DNA from: Alphaproteobacteria bacterium
GTDB taxonomy: Bacteria > Pseudomonadota > Alphaproteobacteria > UBA828
Direction: 5' to 3'
Assembly (NCBI GenBank): GCA_963422645.2
Contig: CAXXVO010000009.1
Span: forward strand, 32,001 to 96,000
DNA length: 64,000 nucleotides
Part shown: positions 33,591 to 44,129 of the stretch, piece by piece
Position numbering within the stretch: the stretch's first letter is position 1
Layout: every line of letters starts with the position of its first letter
Position numbers and translations under genes: made by a program
The notes under the pieces: model-generated
The model's input: the letters and a program-made list of their open reading frames with translations, nothing else
The model's database searches: none
Told to the model about the DNA's origin: nothing

Positions 33591-34472
33591 TTAGCCGCGG
33601 AAGCGGGGCTCGGGCAAGCCCGTGCAGCCGGTGCCGGTGACCGCGTAGATCCCGCCAGCCTGCTCCTGGCCCGCGAGCTCGTCCTCGCTCAGCCTGAAGC
33701 GGGAGGTGGTGACGTAGAGCACGTCGAGGTCGGGGCCGCCGAACATCGGACAGGTGATCAGCTGCAAGGGGATCTCGACGGTGCGGTCGAGCGTGCCGTC
33801 CGGCGCGAAGCGGGCGAGGCACCAGCCCTTCCAGCGCGCGCTCCAGACGTAGCCCTCGGCATCGACGGTCGAGCCGTCGGGCAGGCCCGGCGCGGAACCG
33901 GGGCCGGCGAAGACCCGCTTGTTGGAAATCGCGCCGGTGGCGGTGTCGAGGTCGTAGGCCCAGATCACATCCTGGCCGAGGTCGCCGAAGTACATGACAT
34001 CGCCTTCGGGGCTGAAGGCGAGAGCGTTGGAGACGATGATGCCGGAGTCGGCCTTGTGCAGGCTGAGGTCGTGGTCGAGGCGATAGAGGGAGCCGACTGC
34101 GCGGCCGGTCATGGCGTTGTCCATGCTGCCGGCCCAGAAGCGGCCCTGCCGGTCGCAGCGGCCATCGTTCAAGCGGCTGTCGGCTACGTCCGTGTCTACC
34201 TCGTGGATGGTCTCGACCGCGCCGGTCTCCGGATCGAAGAAGCGGAAGCCACCGAAGAAGGCGACCACCATGCCGCCCCGCTCGCGCAGCACCAGCGCGC
34301 CGGGCTGCTCGTCCACCGGCACCTGCTTGTATTCGCCAGTCGCCGGCGCGAACCAACTGATCGTCTGGCCCTTGATGTCGAGCCAGTAGAGGCGCTGGTC
34401 GATGGGGCACCAGATCGGGCTCTCGCCGAGCAGGTCACGGCAGTCGACCACGCATGCGACCTCGGCCGTCAT
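33591..34472 (-). CDS. SMP-30/gluconolactonase family protein, paralog A
   Basis: LGESPIW, RLNDG, SNALAFS, PDGSTVD; start MTAEVAC at 34472. Confidence 0.9.
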   Translation of the reverse strand: MTAEVACVVDCRDLLGESPIWCPIDQRLYWLDIKGQTISWFAPATGEYKQVPVDEQPGALVLRERGGMVVAFFGGFRFFDPETGAVETIHEVDTDVADSRLNDGRCDRQGRFWAGSMDNAMTGRAVGSLYRLDHDLSLHKADSGIIVSNALAFSPEGDVMYFGDLGQDVIWAYDLDTATGAISNKRVFAGPGSAPGLPDGSTVDAEGYVWSARWKGWCLARFAPDGTLDRTVEIPLQLITCPMFGGPDLDVLYVTTSRFRLSEDELAGQEQAGGIYAVTGTGCTGLPEPRFRG

Positions 34473-34543
34473 TCTCGCTCCAGATGAGTTGCCGCCCCGA
34501 CGGCGCGGCTGGGCCGCCGCATCGCGGCGGCGACAGGCCGGGC

Positions 34544-34618
34544 TGGTGGGCGCTGCTGGATTTGAACCAGCGACCCCCGCCGTGTGAAGACGGTGCTCTC
34601 CCACTGAGCTAAGCGCCC
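34544..34618 (-). tRNA. tRNA-Val (anticodon CAC)
   Basis: GGGCGCTTAGCTCAGTGGGAGAGCACCGTCTTCACACGGCGGGGGTCGCTGGTTCAAATCCAGCAGCGCCCACCA: cloverleaf, GTTCAAATC T-loop, CCA end. Confidence 0.96.
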
Positions 34619-34685
34619 GCCCGGCAGGCGATTAGAAGAATCGCGCCCGCCTCTGTCAAGGCGCTGCGACGCGTGCCTGCGAAAC

Positions 34686-35681
34686 CTAGTCGTAGAGCAC
34701 GATGCAGCGCACCTCGATGCTCCAGCGATCGGGGGCGTCCGGCGCCGTCATCGGGTCCTGGAAAGCGGTATGGAAGCTGAAGGTGCAGGGCGCGTCGGGA
34801 CACGTCGCGTCCGCGCTTGCCCCCTCGGAGCGCGCCATGCCCCCCGCTGAATCCCACTGCTTGATCAGCAACGCCTCATCGCGGGTGAGCGCGGGATAGA
34901 AGTACCAGCGATGATCGTCGGCGTGCTTCGCAAAGTAGTTCTCGCCGATCCGGTCCGCGTAGTGAATCTCGAACACCACCAGATCGTCCGGATGCACGCT
35001 GACCGCATCGCAGAGCGCAAGCGGGTAGGTCGCGACCGGCTCCGCCGCGATGTTCCGCCAGAGATTGATGAGCGCGAACCGGCCCGAGTCGAGAGCGCGC
35101 GTCACATCCGCCTCGTCCAGCAGCGTTTCGCCCTCAGCGAGCTGCGTGCGATACGTGTCGTTGACGGCCGGTGGATTCGCGAGGTCGCGTAAGCGCTGCG
35201 GGCCGCTGGTCAGCGTGTAGTCGCCGTGCACGATCTGCGCGGGACGCTGCACCTGCTGCCCGCCCGCAATGCTACGACCGCTCAGCTTGCCGGCGGCCGA
35301 GCGCACGTTGTGGTCGAAGGCCTTGACGATGCGCGCGCCCGCGTGCTCCCGAACGATGTCGGCACAGTGCGGGTAGTAGCGACGCACGACCTGCTCGTGA
35401 TCCAGAAAGTCGATCTCGAGGTCCGCCAGCGGCCGCTCGAGCATTTCGAAGCCGTTGGCTTCGAGGGTGCGGCGCTCGGGCTCCGCCAGGCCGCGCGCGT
35501 CATGAATCGTCATCTGCCGCTTGTCCACATCGGCGCCGACCCAGGGGGTGTCGTTGCCTTCGGTGTTCCTGTGCACGAACACCTTGCCGTTGCGGTAGAG
35601 CGAGGTCTCGACCGACGTCGCAAGGTAGGTCACCGCTCCGGTACGCACCGCGTCGGTCTGTGCTTGTTGCGCCACGTTCAT
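34686..35681 (-). CDS. CmcJ/NvfI (AsaB-like) family oxidoreductase
   Basis: FDHNVR, VHGDY, INLWR, PLALCD, HTAF, SIEVR. Confidence 0.8.
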   Translation of the reverse strand: MNVAQQAQTDAVRTGAVTYLATSVETSLYRNGKVFVHRNTEGNDTPWVGADVDKRQMTIHDARGLAEPERRTLEANGFEMLERPLADLEIDFLDHEQVVRRYYPHCADIVREHAGARIVKAFDHNVRSAAGKLSGRSIAGGQQVQRPAQIVHGDYTLTSGPQRLRDLANPPAVNDTYRTQLAEGETLLDEADVTRALDSGRFALINLWRNIAAEPVATYPLALCDAVSVHPDDLVVFEIHYADRIGENYFAKHADDHRWYFYPALTRDEALLIKQWDSAGGMARSEGASADATCPDAPCTFSFHTAFQDPMTAPDAPDRWSIEVRCIVLYD

Positions 35682-35690
35682 GAGTAATCC

Positions 35691-36752
35691 TTATGCAAGC
35701 CAGCGCGCGAGATTAGCACGCACGAAGTCGTCGTCGGTGAGGTGCGGGTAGGCCGCCGAGACCCGGTCGATCTCGGCCGCCTGGCCGGGACTCAGCCCCT
35801 CCTCCGGGTCGAGGCACCAGATGCCGCGCATCAGCCCCTGGCGGCGCAGCACCTCGTGGCAGCCCGCGATGCAGCCCCGAAAGTCGTTGGCGACGTCGAA
35901 GAGCGCGGCGTTGCAGTCGGTGATCTGGGAGTCGAGCGCCAGAAAATCCGGATCGATCGCGCCCGCCTCCGCGGCCGCATGGGCGCGGTCCAGCAGCGCC
36001 ACCGCCCGCTTGACCCAGACGTTCCAATGGCCGAGCAAACCGCCCCTGATCCGCACCGTGACCGCGTCTGCGCCGCGCATGAGGCGCCAGGGCGTGACCA
36101 GATCGAGCAGGATGTGATCGTCGTTGCCGGTATAGAGGGTCACGCGATCTTCGGCGCCAGCCTCGACGACACCACGCACCACGTCCAGCGTGCGGTAGCG
36201 GTTGAAGGGCGCAATCTTGATCGCCACCACGTTCTCCAGCGCGGCGAGGCGGCGCCAGAAGGAGGGTCCCAACACGACCCCGCCCACCGCCGGCTGCAGG
36301 TAGAAGCCGACCAGCGGGATGCGCCGGGCGAGCCGGGCGCAATGCTCCAGCCGCTCGTCTTCGCTGGCGCCGGCGAAGGCGGCGAGGCTCACCATCCCTG
36401 CGTGATAGCCGAGCCCAAGCGCAGTGTCCGCCTCGGCCAGAGCCTGCTCGGTCCGCCCGACCAGGCCGGCGATTCGCACCAGCGGTCGGTCGGTCCAGGC
36501 ATCCGCGGTCTCGGCGACCAGCTTCAGCACCGGCTCGTAGAGCCCCGCCTCCCTGATCGCGAACTGCGTGGTGTGGACACCGACCGCGAGTCCGCCGGCG
36601 CCCGAGTCGATGTAGTAGCGGGAGAGCGCCCGCTGCCGCTCGGCATCCAGCCGGCGCTCGGCGTCGAGCGCGAGCGGATGCGCCGGGATCACCACGCCCT
36701 TGGCGAGCGTCGCCCGCACCGGCGCCGGCACGTCGACCCAGGCGAGGATCAC
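35691..36752 (-). CDS. Dihydrodipicolinate synthase-like aldolase family protein
   Basis: [29 protein letters not shown]. Confidence 0.8.
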   Translation of the reverse strand: MILAWVDVPAPVRATLAKGVVIPAHPLALDAERRLDAERQRALSRYYIDSGAGGLAVGVHTTQFAIREAGLYEPVLKLVAETADAWTDRPLVRIAGLVGRTEQALAEADTALGLGYHAGMVSLAAFAGASEDERLEHCARLARRIPLVGFYLQPAVGGVVLGPSFWRRLAALENVVAIKIAPFNRYRTLDVVRGVVEAGAEDRVTLYTGNDDHILLDLVTPWRLMRGADAVTVRIRGGLLGHWNVWVKRAVALLDRAHAAAEAGAIDPDFLALDSQITDCNAALFDVANDFRGCIAGCHEVLRRQGLMRGIWCLDPEEGLSPGQAAEIDRVSAAYPHLTDDDFVRANLARWLA

Positions 36753-37804
36753 GATGCCGCCGACGCGGAGAACACGCCGTCCCTCACCTCGTACTGGGTG
36801 GGCTTGGCGAGGCTCGGCATGTCACGGGCCACCCAGTCCGCCACCCAGTCGATCATGCGCCCGAGGGGCACGCGCGGATAGCCGAAGAGAGCGAAGGCGT
36901 GTTCAGCATTGGTGAGCCAGCCGGATGGCGCCTCTTCGCGGACCAGGACGGGCTCCTTGCCCAGCCGCTCGCCGAAGGCTGCCGCCAGCGCACGGATGCT
37001 CACGGTCTCGGGCCCGCTCACGTTGATCGGCGCAGTCGGCACGGCGCAGTGCTCGAAGCAGCGCAGCGCCATGGCGTTGGCGTCCCCCTGCCAGATGACG
37101 TTGACGTGCCCGGTGGCGAGGTCGACGGGCTCCCCTTCCCGCACCTTGCGGGCCACGTCGTGCAGCACGCCGTAGCGCATGTCGATCGCGTAGTTGAGCC
37201 GCACCAGGCAGCCCGGCGTGCCGTGACGGCGCGAGAAATACTGGATCAGGCGCTCGCGCCCGACGCAGGAGTTGGCGTACTCGCCGGGTGGCGGCGTCGG
37301 CGGTGTCTCTTCGGTCGCGCCCTGGTGGCGGACATCGACGAAGGGATAGACGCAGCCGGTGGAGAACGCGACGATCCGCGACTCGCGGAAGGTCTCGGCG
37401 ACGATAGCGGGCAGGTAGGCGTTCATCGCCCAGGTCAGGTCGTCGTCGCCCACCGCGCCGAACTTGCGCCCAGCCATGAACACGACGTTGGGGAGCCGCG
37501 GCAGCGCGGCGACCGCGTCGCGATCGAGCAGGTCGCACTGGATGACCTCCACTCCCCAGGCGGCAAGTTTTTGGCGCACGCTCGGGTCGCTGAAGCGGCC
37601 GACGCCGACGACGCGCTTTGCGGGTGCGGCGCGCTTGGCGAGGCCGGCGAGCGTCGGCCCCATCTTGCCGCCGACGCCGAGCACGATGATGTCGCCGTCG
37701 ACACGGGCGAGAGACGGAGGGAGGGCCTCGTCCGGCGTGGTCATCAGGTCTTCGAGCGCGGCCTCGTCGGCGATGCGCACGGGCCAGTCCGGCGCGCCGT
37801 TCAT
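36749..37804 (-). CDS. NAD-dependent epimerase/dehydratase family protein
   Basis: [22 protein letters not shown]; ATG 37804 overlaps the upstream stop. Confidence 0.82.
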   Translation of the reverse strand: MNGAPDWPVRIADEAALEDLMTTPDEALPPSLARVDGDIIVLGVGGKMGPTLAGLAKRAAPAKRVVGVGRFSDPSVRQKLAAWGVEVIQCDLLDRDAVAALPRLPNVVFMAGRKFGAVGDDDLTWAMNAYLPAIVAETFRESRIVAFSTGCVYPFVDVRHQGATEETPPTPPPGEYANSCVGRERLIQYFSRRHGTPGCLVRLNYAIDMRYGVLHDVARKVREGEPVDLATGHVNVIWQGDANAMALRCFEHCAVPTAPINVSGPETVSIRALAAAFGERLGKEPVLVREEAPSGWLTNAEHAFALFGYPRVPLGRMIDWVADWVARDMPSLAKPTQYEVRDGVFSASAAS

Positions 37805-38637
37805 GACGTGAGCTCTGGGCGGCGGTCCGCACGGTAGGTCGCGATGGCGCGCCAGCGGTCGAGATCCTCCTGCGCGATGTCGATCCGCGCCACGGCGAGC
37901 CCCTCCCCTTCGGTGAGCGCCGCCAGGATCTTGCCCGAAGGGCCGGCGATGCAGGAATGGCCGAGGCTGGTGAAGGAGAGGCCGGGCGCCAGCTCCTCGA
38001 CCCCGACGCGGTTGGCCATGGTGACGAAAGTGCCGTTCTCCAACGCGCGCGTGGCTGCGAGGCCTTGCGTCACCGGCCCGCTCCAGCCCCAGGTCTCGCG
38101 CTGATAGGCGTCGGCGATCCAGTTGGTGCTGTTGACGATGAGATCGGCGCCGAGATCGGCCAGGCGGCGCACATAGTCCGCGAAGATGAAGTCGTAGCAG
38201 ACCGTCATCCCGACCTTGCCGAGCGGTGTCTCGACCACACACGCCTCGTCGCCGGCGCGGCAGCTCTCGCGCTCGCTCGCGAAGAGATGGGCCTTGTCGT
38301 AGACCGCGAGGCACTCCCCGTCGGGCCCGAACAGGAGTTGCGAATCGTAGACGCCGCGGTCACGCTGGGTGTAGGCGCCGACCGCCATGGTAAGCTCGTT
38401 CTCCCGCGCGATCTCGCCGAGACGCCGCGCGCTCGGCCCGTCCGACGGCTCCGCCAGGTCCGCGAGCCGGCTACCTAAGAAGTAGCCGGTGGTGGCGCAT
38501 TCCGGGAAAACCACGAGGTCTACTTGCTGCGCTGCCGCGGCACGGGCGAAGCGGGCGATGGTTGCGAGGTTTCGCTCCGTGTCGCCGGTGGCGCAGTCCA
38601 TCTGCACCACGGCCAGGGTCCAGGACACGCCGCTCAT
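37801..38637 (-). CDS. Carbon-nitrogen hydrolase family protein
   Basis: E-K-C triad: VFPEC, YDKAHL, VCYD; NRVG, GHS. Confidence 0.9.
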   Translation of the reverse strand: MSGVSWTLAVVQMDCATGDTERNLATIARFARAAAAQQVDLVVFPECATTGYFLGSRLADLAEPSDGPSARRLGEIARENELTMAVGAYTQRDRGVYDSQLLFGPDGECLAVYDKAHLFASERESCRAGDEACVVETPLGKVGMTVCYDFIFADYVRRLADLGADLIVNSTNWIADAYQRETWGWSGPVTQGLAATRALENGTFVTMANRVGVEELAPGLSFTSLGHSCIAGPSGKILAALTEGEGLAVARIDIAQEDLDRWRAIATYRADRRPELTS

Positions 38638-38684
38638 GCTGCCTCCCCGCTTCGCCGCTCCCGACCGCCGCGCTACTGGCTCCG

Positions 38685-41012
38685 CTAGTTCCTGAGCGGC
38701 TTGCCGGTCTCCAGCATGTGCTCCATGCGGGCGATGGTGCCGGGCGTGCGGATGAGCGCGAGCAGCGCCTCACACTCCAGCTCCGAGAGGCGGTCCTCCG
38801 GGACCTCACGGACCGCGTCGGTCTCGCCGCCTGTGAGCACGTTGCCGAGATGCTCCACCACCACCAGATCGTGGGCGGTCGCCTTGCGGGTCTTGGCGAG
38901 CCCCTTGACCGCCATCTTGAGGGCGACGCGCCCGGTCTTGCCCGGCAGCTTGACCACGGCAGGCTCGGGCGGCGTGTAGTCCTCCGCCAGCGCCAGCGCC
39001 CTGGCCTTGGCATCGGCCAGCAGCCGGTCGCGATTGGCGGTGATGCCGTCGCCCTCTCGCAAGAACCCGAGCGAGCGCGCCTGCTTCGCCGAGCGCGAGA
39101 CCTTGGCGAGCCCGATGGTCTCGAACACCTTGGAAATCGCAGGCATCGCGCCGCCGAATCCGGTCCGGCCGGAGGTGAGACCACGCAGCATCATCTCCTT
39201 GCAGCCGCCCCAACCGGGCACGAGCCCGACGCCGGCCTCGACCAGGCCCATGTAGCTCTCGGCATGGGCCTGCACCGCGTCGCAGTGCAGCAGGACCTCG
39301 CAGCCACCGCCGAGCGCCATGCCCGACGGCGCGCCCACCACCGGGAAGGGCGCGAACTTGAGGCCCCTGAAGGCGGCCTGGCCCTGCTTCACCGTCTCCT
39401 CGATCATCGGCCAGGCGCCGACGTTCACGACGAAGAGCGCGAGACCCAGGTTCATGCCGACGGAGAAGTTGCTGCCCTCGTTGTGGATCACCAGCGCCTT
39501 CATCCCGCCGCCGACGATCTCCAGCGACTGTTCGACCAGCGCCATGATCTCGGTGTCGAGGGCATTCATCTTGGCGTGGAATTCGAGGCAGGCGACGCCG
39601 TCGCCGATATCCCAGAGGCTGGCAGAGCCGTTGCGGGTGAGCGGCTTGGTGCTGCGCTTGATGTCGGAGAGGAGCAGTACACCGTCGGGCCGCGTGAGCG
39701 GCGTGTAGCGGCCGCTGCCCGCGAGATGGTCCGCGCGGCCCTCGGCGATCCGATAGAAGCCGCCGGCCTCCGCCGCCGCCTGCAGTAGGGGCGGCACCTC
39801 CCTGCCCTCTTCTGCGAGTTTGTCCGCAAACCAGCCGGCACCCACCTCGTCGATCAGCTCGAAGGGCCCGCGCTTCCAGTTGTAGCCGAGGCGCATGGCG
39901 CGATCGACCGCCTCGACATCGTCGGCGATCTCCGGCACCAGGCCGGCGGCATAGGCGAGCGTTCCAGACATCACCTGCCATGCGTAGGCGCCGGTCTTGT
40001 CAGGGTGCTCGAAGAGGGCGCTGAGCGAGCGTCCGGCCTGCTCGATGCTCTCCAGCCGCGGGCGCCGGGCGGAACCGTACTCGCCGGTGGCGAGGTCGCG
40101 CACCTCCTTCTCTTTCTTCTCGGAGTCAGGCTTCAGCCTGTAGAAGCCGCCCTTGCCCTTGCGGCCGATATAGCCGCTCTCGATCATCTCCTTGATGAAT
40201 TCGGGCTCGTCGTAGACCGCGTGGAAGGCATCGCTCTCGGGCAATGCATCCCGCAGGCTGCGGCCGACCAGGGGCATCAGGTCGAGGCCGACCAGATCGA
40301 TCAGGCCGAATACGCCGGTCCTGGGCACGCCGATGGGGCGGCTGAGCACCGCATCGGCCTCCTCCACCGTCACCCCCTTCTCGACCGCCGCGCGCACCGC
40401 AGCAACGAGCCAGTAGGTGCCGATCCGGTTGGCGATGAAGCCCGGCGTGTCGTTGCAGGGCACGACGCCCTTGCCGAGCTTGCGGTCGGCGAAGTCGCAG
40501 ACCGCCGCCACCGCATCCGCCCGGGTCTCGGGCCCCGCCACCACTTCCAGAAGCCGCATATAACGCGGCGGGTTGAAGAAGTGGGTGATGAGGAAGTCCT
40601 TGGCGAACGCCTCCGGCAGGCCGGCGAGCAGCATGCTGGAGGGGATGGTCGAGGTGTTGGAGGAGACGATCGAGCCCTTCTTCCGCGCGGTATCGATCTT
40701 GCGGTAGATGGCCTGCTTGGCGTCCACCCTTTCGATCACCGCCTCGACGATCCAGTCCGCGTCGCCGAGCAGGTGCAGGTGATCCTCGACATTGCCGGTG
40801 GTGATGCGCTTGGCGTCCGACTTCGCCATGAAGGGCGCGGGGTCGGTCTTGAGCATCCGCGCCACCGAGCCCTCGGCGAGCGCGTTCCGGTCTTTCGCAC
40901 CGTCCGGCACGATATCGAGCAGCACCACGTCATGGCCGGCATTGGCGATGTGGGCGGCGATGCCGCCGCCCATCAGACCCGCCCCGATGACGGCCGCCTT
41001 CTGGATCGCCAT
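38685..41012 (-). CDS. 3-hydroxyacyl-CoA dehydrogenase / enoyl-CoA hydratase fusion
   Basis: GAGLMG, SNTST, HFFNP, GFIANR, LGGGCE, TGKPLRN. Confidence 0.92.
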   Translation of the reverse strand: MAIQKAAVIGAGLMGGGIAAHIANAGHDVVLLDIVPDGAKDRNALAEGSVARMLKTDPAPFMAKSDAKRITTGNVEDHLHLLGDADWIVEAVIERVDAKQAIYRKIDTARKKGSIVSSNTSTIPSSMLLAGLPEAFAKDFLITHFFNPPRYMRLLEVVAGPETRADAVAAVCDFADRKLGKGVVPCNDTPGFIANRIGTYWLVAAVRAAVEKGVTVEEADAVLSRPIGVPRTGVFGLIDLVGLDLMPLVGRSLRDALPESDAFHAVYDEPEFIKEMIESGYIGRKGKGGFYRLKPDSEKKEKEVRDLATGEYGSARRPRLESIEQAGRSLSALFEHPDKTGAYAWQVMSGTLAYAAGLVPEIADDVEAVDRAMRLGYNWKRGPFELIDEVGAGWFADKLAEEGREVPPLLQAAAEAGGFYRIAEGRADHLAGSGRYTPLTRPDGVLLLSDIKRSTKPLTRNGSASLWDIGDGVACLEFHAKMNALDTEIMALVEQSLEIVGGGMKALVIHNEGSNFSVGMNLGLALFVVNVGAWPMIEETVKQGQAAFRGLKFAPFPVVGAPSGMALGGGCEVLLHCDAVQAHAESYMGLVEAGVGLVPGWGGCKEMMLRGLTSGRTGFGGAMPAISKVFETIGLAKVSRSAKQARSLGFLREGDGITANRDRLLADAKARALALAEDYTPPEPAVVKLPGKTGRVALKMAVKGLAKTRKATAHDLVVVEHLGNVLTGGETDAVREVPEDRLSELECEALLALIRTPGTIARMEHMLETGKPLRN

Positions 41013-42148
41013 CAGGCGGCCTCGAGCACGGTGGAGATACCCTGGCCGCCGCCGATGCACTGGGTGGCAAGCGCGTAGCGCTTGCCCTCGCGACGGAGGA
41101 TCTGCGCGGCCTTGCCCGTGATGCGCGCGCCGGTGGCGCCGAGCGGGTGGCCGATGGCGATGGCGCCGCCGTCGATGTTCATGCGCTCCAGGTCGATGGA
41201 GAGCTCGCGCACGCAGGCGAGGGCCTGCACCGCGAAGGCCTCGTTGAGCTCGATCACGTCGATGTCGGACATCTTGAGCCCGGCGCGGGCGAGCGCCTTC
41301 CCCGACGAGACCACCGGGCCGTAGCCCATGATCTCGGGCGCGCAGCCCGCGACCGCGATCGCCTTGATGCGGGCGAGCACGGTAAGCCCGTTGCGCGCGG
41401 CGTACTCCTCAGTGCAGACCAGCACGGCGGCAGCGCCATCGGTCAGCGGCGACGAGGTGCCGGCGGTCACCGTGCCCTCGGCATCGAAGGCGGGCTCGAG
41501 GCCGACCAAGACCTCGGCAGAGGTGCCTGGGCGGATGCAGCCGTCGCGGTCGACCGTGCCCTCGCCGGTCTCGATTGCGATCACCTCGCCCTCGTACTTG
41601 CCGTCGCCCCAGGCTTGGGCCGCGCGGGCGTGGCTCGCGACCGCGAGGGACTCCTGCTCCTCGCGCGTGATCTGGTACTTGCGGGCGAGGTTCTCGGCGG
41701 TCTCGCCCATGGACACGTAGGCGCCCTCGTTCTTCTCGTAAAGATCGGGGTTGGGTGCCGGGTTGAAGCCGCCCATGGGCACGCGGCTCATGGATTCCAC
41801 GCCCGCGCAGATAAACGCCTCGCCGGCATCCATGCGGACTGCGCCGGCGGCGATGTGGATCGCCTGCATCGACGAGCCACAGAAGCGGTTGACGGTGGCG
41901 CCGGCGACCGAGATCGGCAGCTCCGCGATCAGCGCCACGATGCGGCCTAAGTTGAAACCCTGTTCGCCCTCGGGAAAGGCGCAGCCGATGATCAGATCCT
42001 CGATCTCGGCAGGATCAACGCCGGTCTGGGCAAGCAGGCCCAGCACGACCTCGGCGGCGAGATCGTCGGGGCGCTTCTCGACCAGCGCGCCCTTGTGGGC
42101 GAAGTGAAAGGGCGAGCGGACATAGCCGGCAATGACGGCATTATTCAT
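41012..42148 (-). CDS. Acetyl-CoA acyltransferase (thiolase)
   Basis: NRFCGSS, NEAFA, GHPLGATG, CIGGGQG. Confidence 0.95.
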   Translation of the reverse strand: MNNAVIAGYVRSPFHFAHKGALVEKRPDDLAAEVVLGLLAQTGVDPAEIEDLIIGCAFPEGEQGFNLGRIVALIAELPISVAGATVNRFCGSSMQAIHIAAGAVRMDAGEAFICAGVESMSRVPMGGFNPAPNPDLYEKNEGAYVSMGETAENLARKYQITREEQESLAVASHARAAQAWGDGKYEGEVIAIETGEGTVDRDGCIRPGTSAEVLVGLEPAFDAEGTVTAGTSSPLTDGAAAVLVCTEEYAARNGLTVLARIKAIAVAGCAPEIMGYGPVVSSGKALARAGLKMSDIDVIELNEAFAVQALACVRELSIDLERMNIDGGAIAIGHPLGATGARITGKAAQILRREGKRYALATQCIGGGQGISTVLEAA

Positions 42149-42202
42149 GGACTGGGGCCTCTTGCTTTGTCAGATGCTATGTGTGGCGGTGCCGGGCCGC
42201 GT

Positions 42203-43927
42203 TCAACCGGAGCCGGCGGCAGCCGCGCCCTGCTTGGCAGCCTCTTCGGCCACCAGCTCCTTCTTGGAGAGCTTGCCGATGATCGTCTTCGGCAGCTCGT
42301 CGCGGAACTCGATCTGCTTGGGCATCTCGATGGGCGAGAGCTTGTCCTTGAGGAAGTCCGTCAGCGCCTCGGTCGTCAGGCTCTCGCCGTCCTTGAGGCG
42401 GACGAAGGCCTTGACAGTCTGCTGGCGGCGGGCGTCGTCGATGCCGATGACCGTCACCTCCTGCACCGACGGGTGCTTGTAGATCGCCTCCTCGACATGA
42501 CGCGGATAGATGTTGTAGCCGCCGGCGATGATGACCTCCTTGAGCCGGTCGATCAGATAGACGTAGCCGTCCTCATCGATGCGGCCGATATCGCCGGTGT
42601 GGAAGCGCCCACCGGCGAAGGCGCGTTTGTTCTCCTCGTCGCGCTTCCAGTAGCCCTTCATCACCTGCGGGCCCGAGATGCAGATCTCGCCGATCTCGCC
42701 TTGGGGCAGCACCTTCTCCGGATCGTCGACGGAGCAGATGTCGACCACCGTGCCGGGCACCGGCACGCCGAGCGAACCTTCGCGGCTGCCGCCGGGCGTG
42801 GTCGGGTTGCAGGTCGCGATCGGCGCTGTCTCGCTCAGACCGTAGCCTTCCACCAGCGTGCAGCCGGAGATTTCCTGGAACTTCTCCTGCACCTCGCGCG
42901 GCAGCGAGGCGCCGCCCGAGAGGCAGAGCTTGATGGAGGACAGATCGTACTTGCCCGCCGCGACGTCGGGATGGCCGTTGATGGCGATGTAAATTGTCGG
43001 CACGGCGGGGAAGAAGGTCGGCCGCTTCTTGTCGATGACCTTGAGCACGGTGTCGAGCTCGAAGCGCGGCAGCAGGATGATCTTGGCGCCGATCTTGATG
43101 CTGAAATTCATCACCACGGCCATGGCGAAGACGTGGAAGAGCGGCAGCACGCCGATCATGACCTCGGAGCCTTCGTCGGCGGCGGGCATCATCATCGCCC
43201 CCTGCGCGACATTCGCGCTCAGGTTACCGTGGGTCAGCATCGCGCCCTTCGAGGTGCCGGTGGTGCCGCCGGTGTACTGCAGCACCGCGATGTCGTCTTC
43301 GACCTCGACCTCGATCGGCGTCGGCCTGCCGGCGTTGTCGGTCAGCTTGCGGAAGAACACATGGCGGTCATCGCGCGGGATCTTGGCGATCTCGCTGCGC
43401 TTGACCAGGGGGAAGAGCAGCTTCTTGAGGCCCGGCAGCATGTCCGCCATGGGGCAGATCACCAGATGGGTAAGCCGCGTCTGGTCGAGCGCGATGCGGG
43501 CCTTGTCATAGAGGATCGAGAGGTCGAGGGTAACCAGGATGTCGGTCTCCGAATCCTCGATCTGGCTCTTGATCTCCTCGATGGCATAGAGCGGATTGAC
43601 GTTGACCACCGTCCCGCCGGCCTTCAGCACACCGTAATAGACAGCGACGAAGTTCGTGCAGTTGGGCAGGAGGATACCGACCTTGGTGCCCTTGCGGACG
43701 CCGAGCTTCTGGAAGCCCTCGGCCGCCCGGTTCGCCAAATCGCCGAGCTCCCGGTAGGTCGTGACTTTGTCCATAAAGTCGATCGCGGGGCGGTCTCCGA
43801 AGCGGGCGACCGCATCGTCGAGCAACCGCTGCAGCGGCGCCTTCGGCAGCGGCGCGTTCCAATCGACATTGTCCGGATAGGATTTCTCCCAGGGATGGGC
43901 ACTAACTTGCGCTTCGCTCTCCGCCAT
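42203..43927 (-). CDS. Long-chain fatty acid-CoA ligase
   Basis: YTGGTTGTSKG, EGYGLSE, FHTGD, GYNIYP. Confidence 0.92.
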   Translation of the reverse strand: MAESEAQVSAHPWEKSYPDNVDWNAPLPKAPLQRLLDDAVARFGDRPAIDFMDKVTTYRELGDLANRAAEGFQKLGVRKGTKVGILLPNCTNFVAVYYGVLKAGGTVVNVNPLYAIEEIKSQIEDSETDILVTLDLSILYDKARIALDQTRLTHLVICPMADMLPGLKKLLFPLVKRSEIAKIPRDDRHVFFRKLTDNAGRPTPIEVEVEDDIAVLQYTGGTTGTSKGAMLTHGNLSANVAQGAMMMPAADEGSEVMIGVLPLFHVFAMAVVMNFSIKIGAKIILLPRFELDTVLKVIDKKRPTFFPAVPTIYIAINGHPDVAAGKYDLSSIKLCLSGGASLPREVQEKFQEISGCTLVEGYGLSETAPIATCNPTTPGGSREGSLGVPVPGTVVDICSVDDPEKVLPQGEIGEICISGPQVMKGYWKRDEENKRAFAGGRFHTGDIGRIDEDGYVYLIDRLKEVIIAGGYNIYPRHVEEAIYKHPSVQEVTVIGIDDARRQQTVKAFVRLKDGESLTTEALTDFLKDKLSPIEMPKQIEFRDELPKTIIGKLSKKELVAEEAAKQGAAAAGSG

Positions 43928-44129
43928 GCGCTCCGCTCCTTCTGCCCGGGATTCGCGGCCCCGCTCCGCCCTGTCCAGACGCGGGGAACACACTTTCGCG
44001 CACTATGGAAACCCGGTCTTCCGCCGTCAAGGCGGGAAAGCGAACGCAGGTTAGCTCCTCACCCGCCGGGGAGCGTTGACATCGAACAATGGGTCTCCAT
44101 TCTGGCGTTATGACGAGCGGCGGCGCGCG

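Noticed and set aside
32659-34410. 583-aa ORF suggesting an N-terminally extended lactonase
   Set aside because: The extension is an off-frame read of the upstream paralog; real start is about 33537
34544-34618. tRNA-Val as integration site of a genomic island
   Set aside because: No duplicated tRNA 3' end or adjacent integrase noticed
36749-38314. 521-aa epimerase with long N-terminus
   Set aside because: Extension is off-frame over the C-N hydrolase; ATGA coupling at 37801-37804 gives the start
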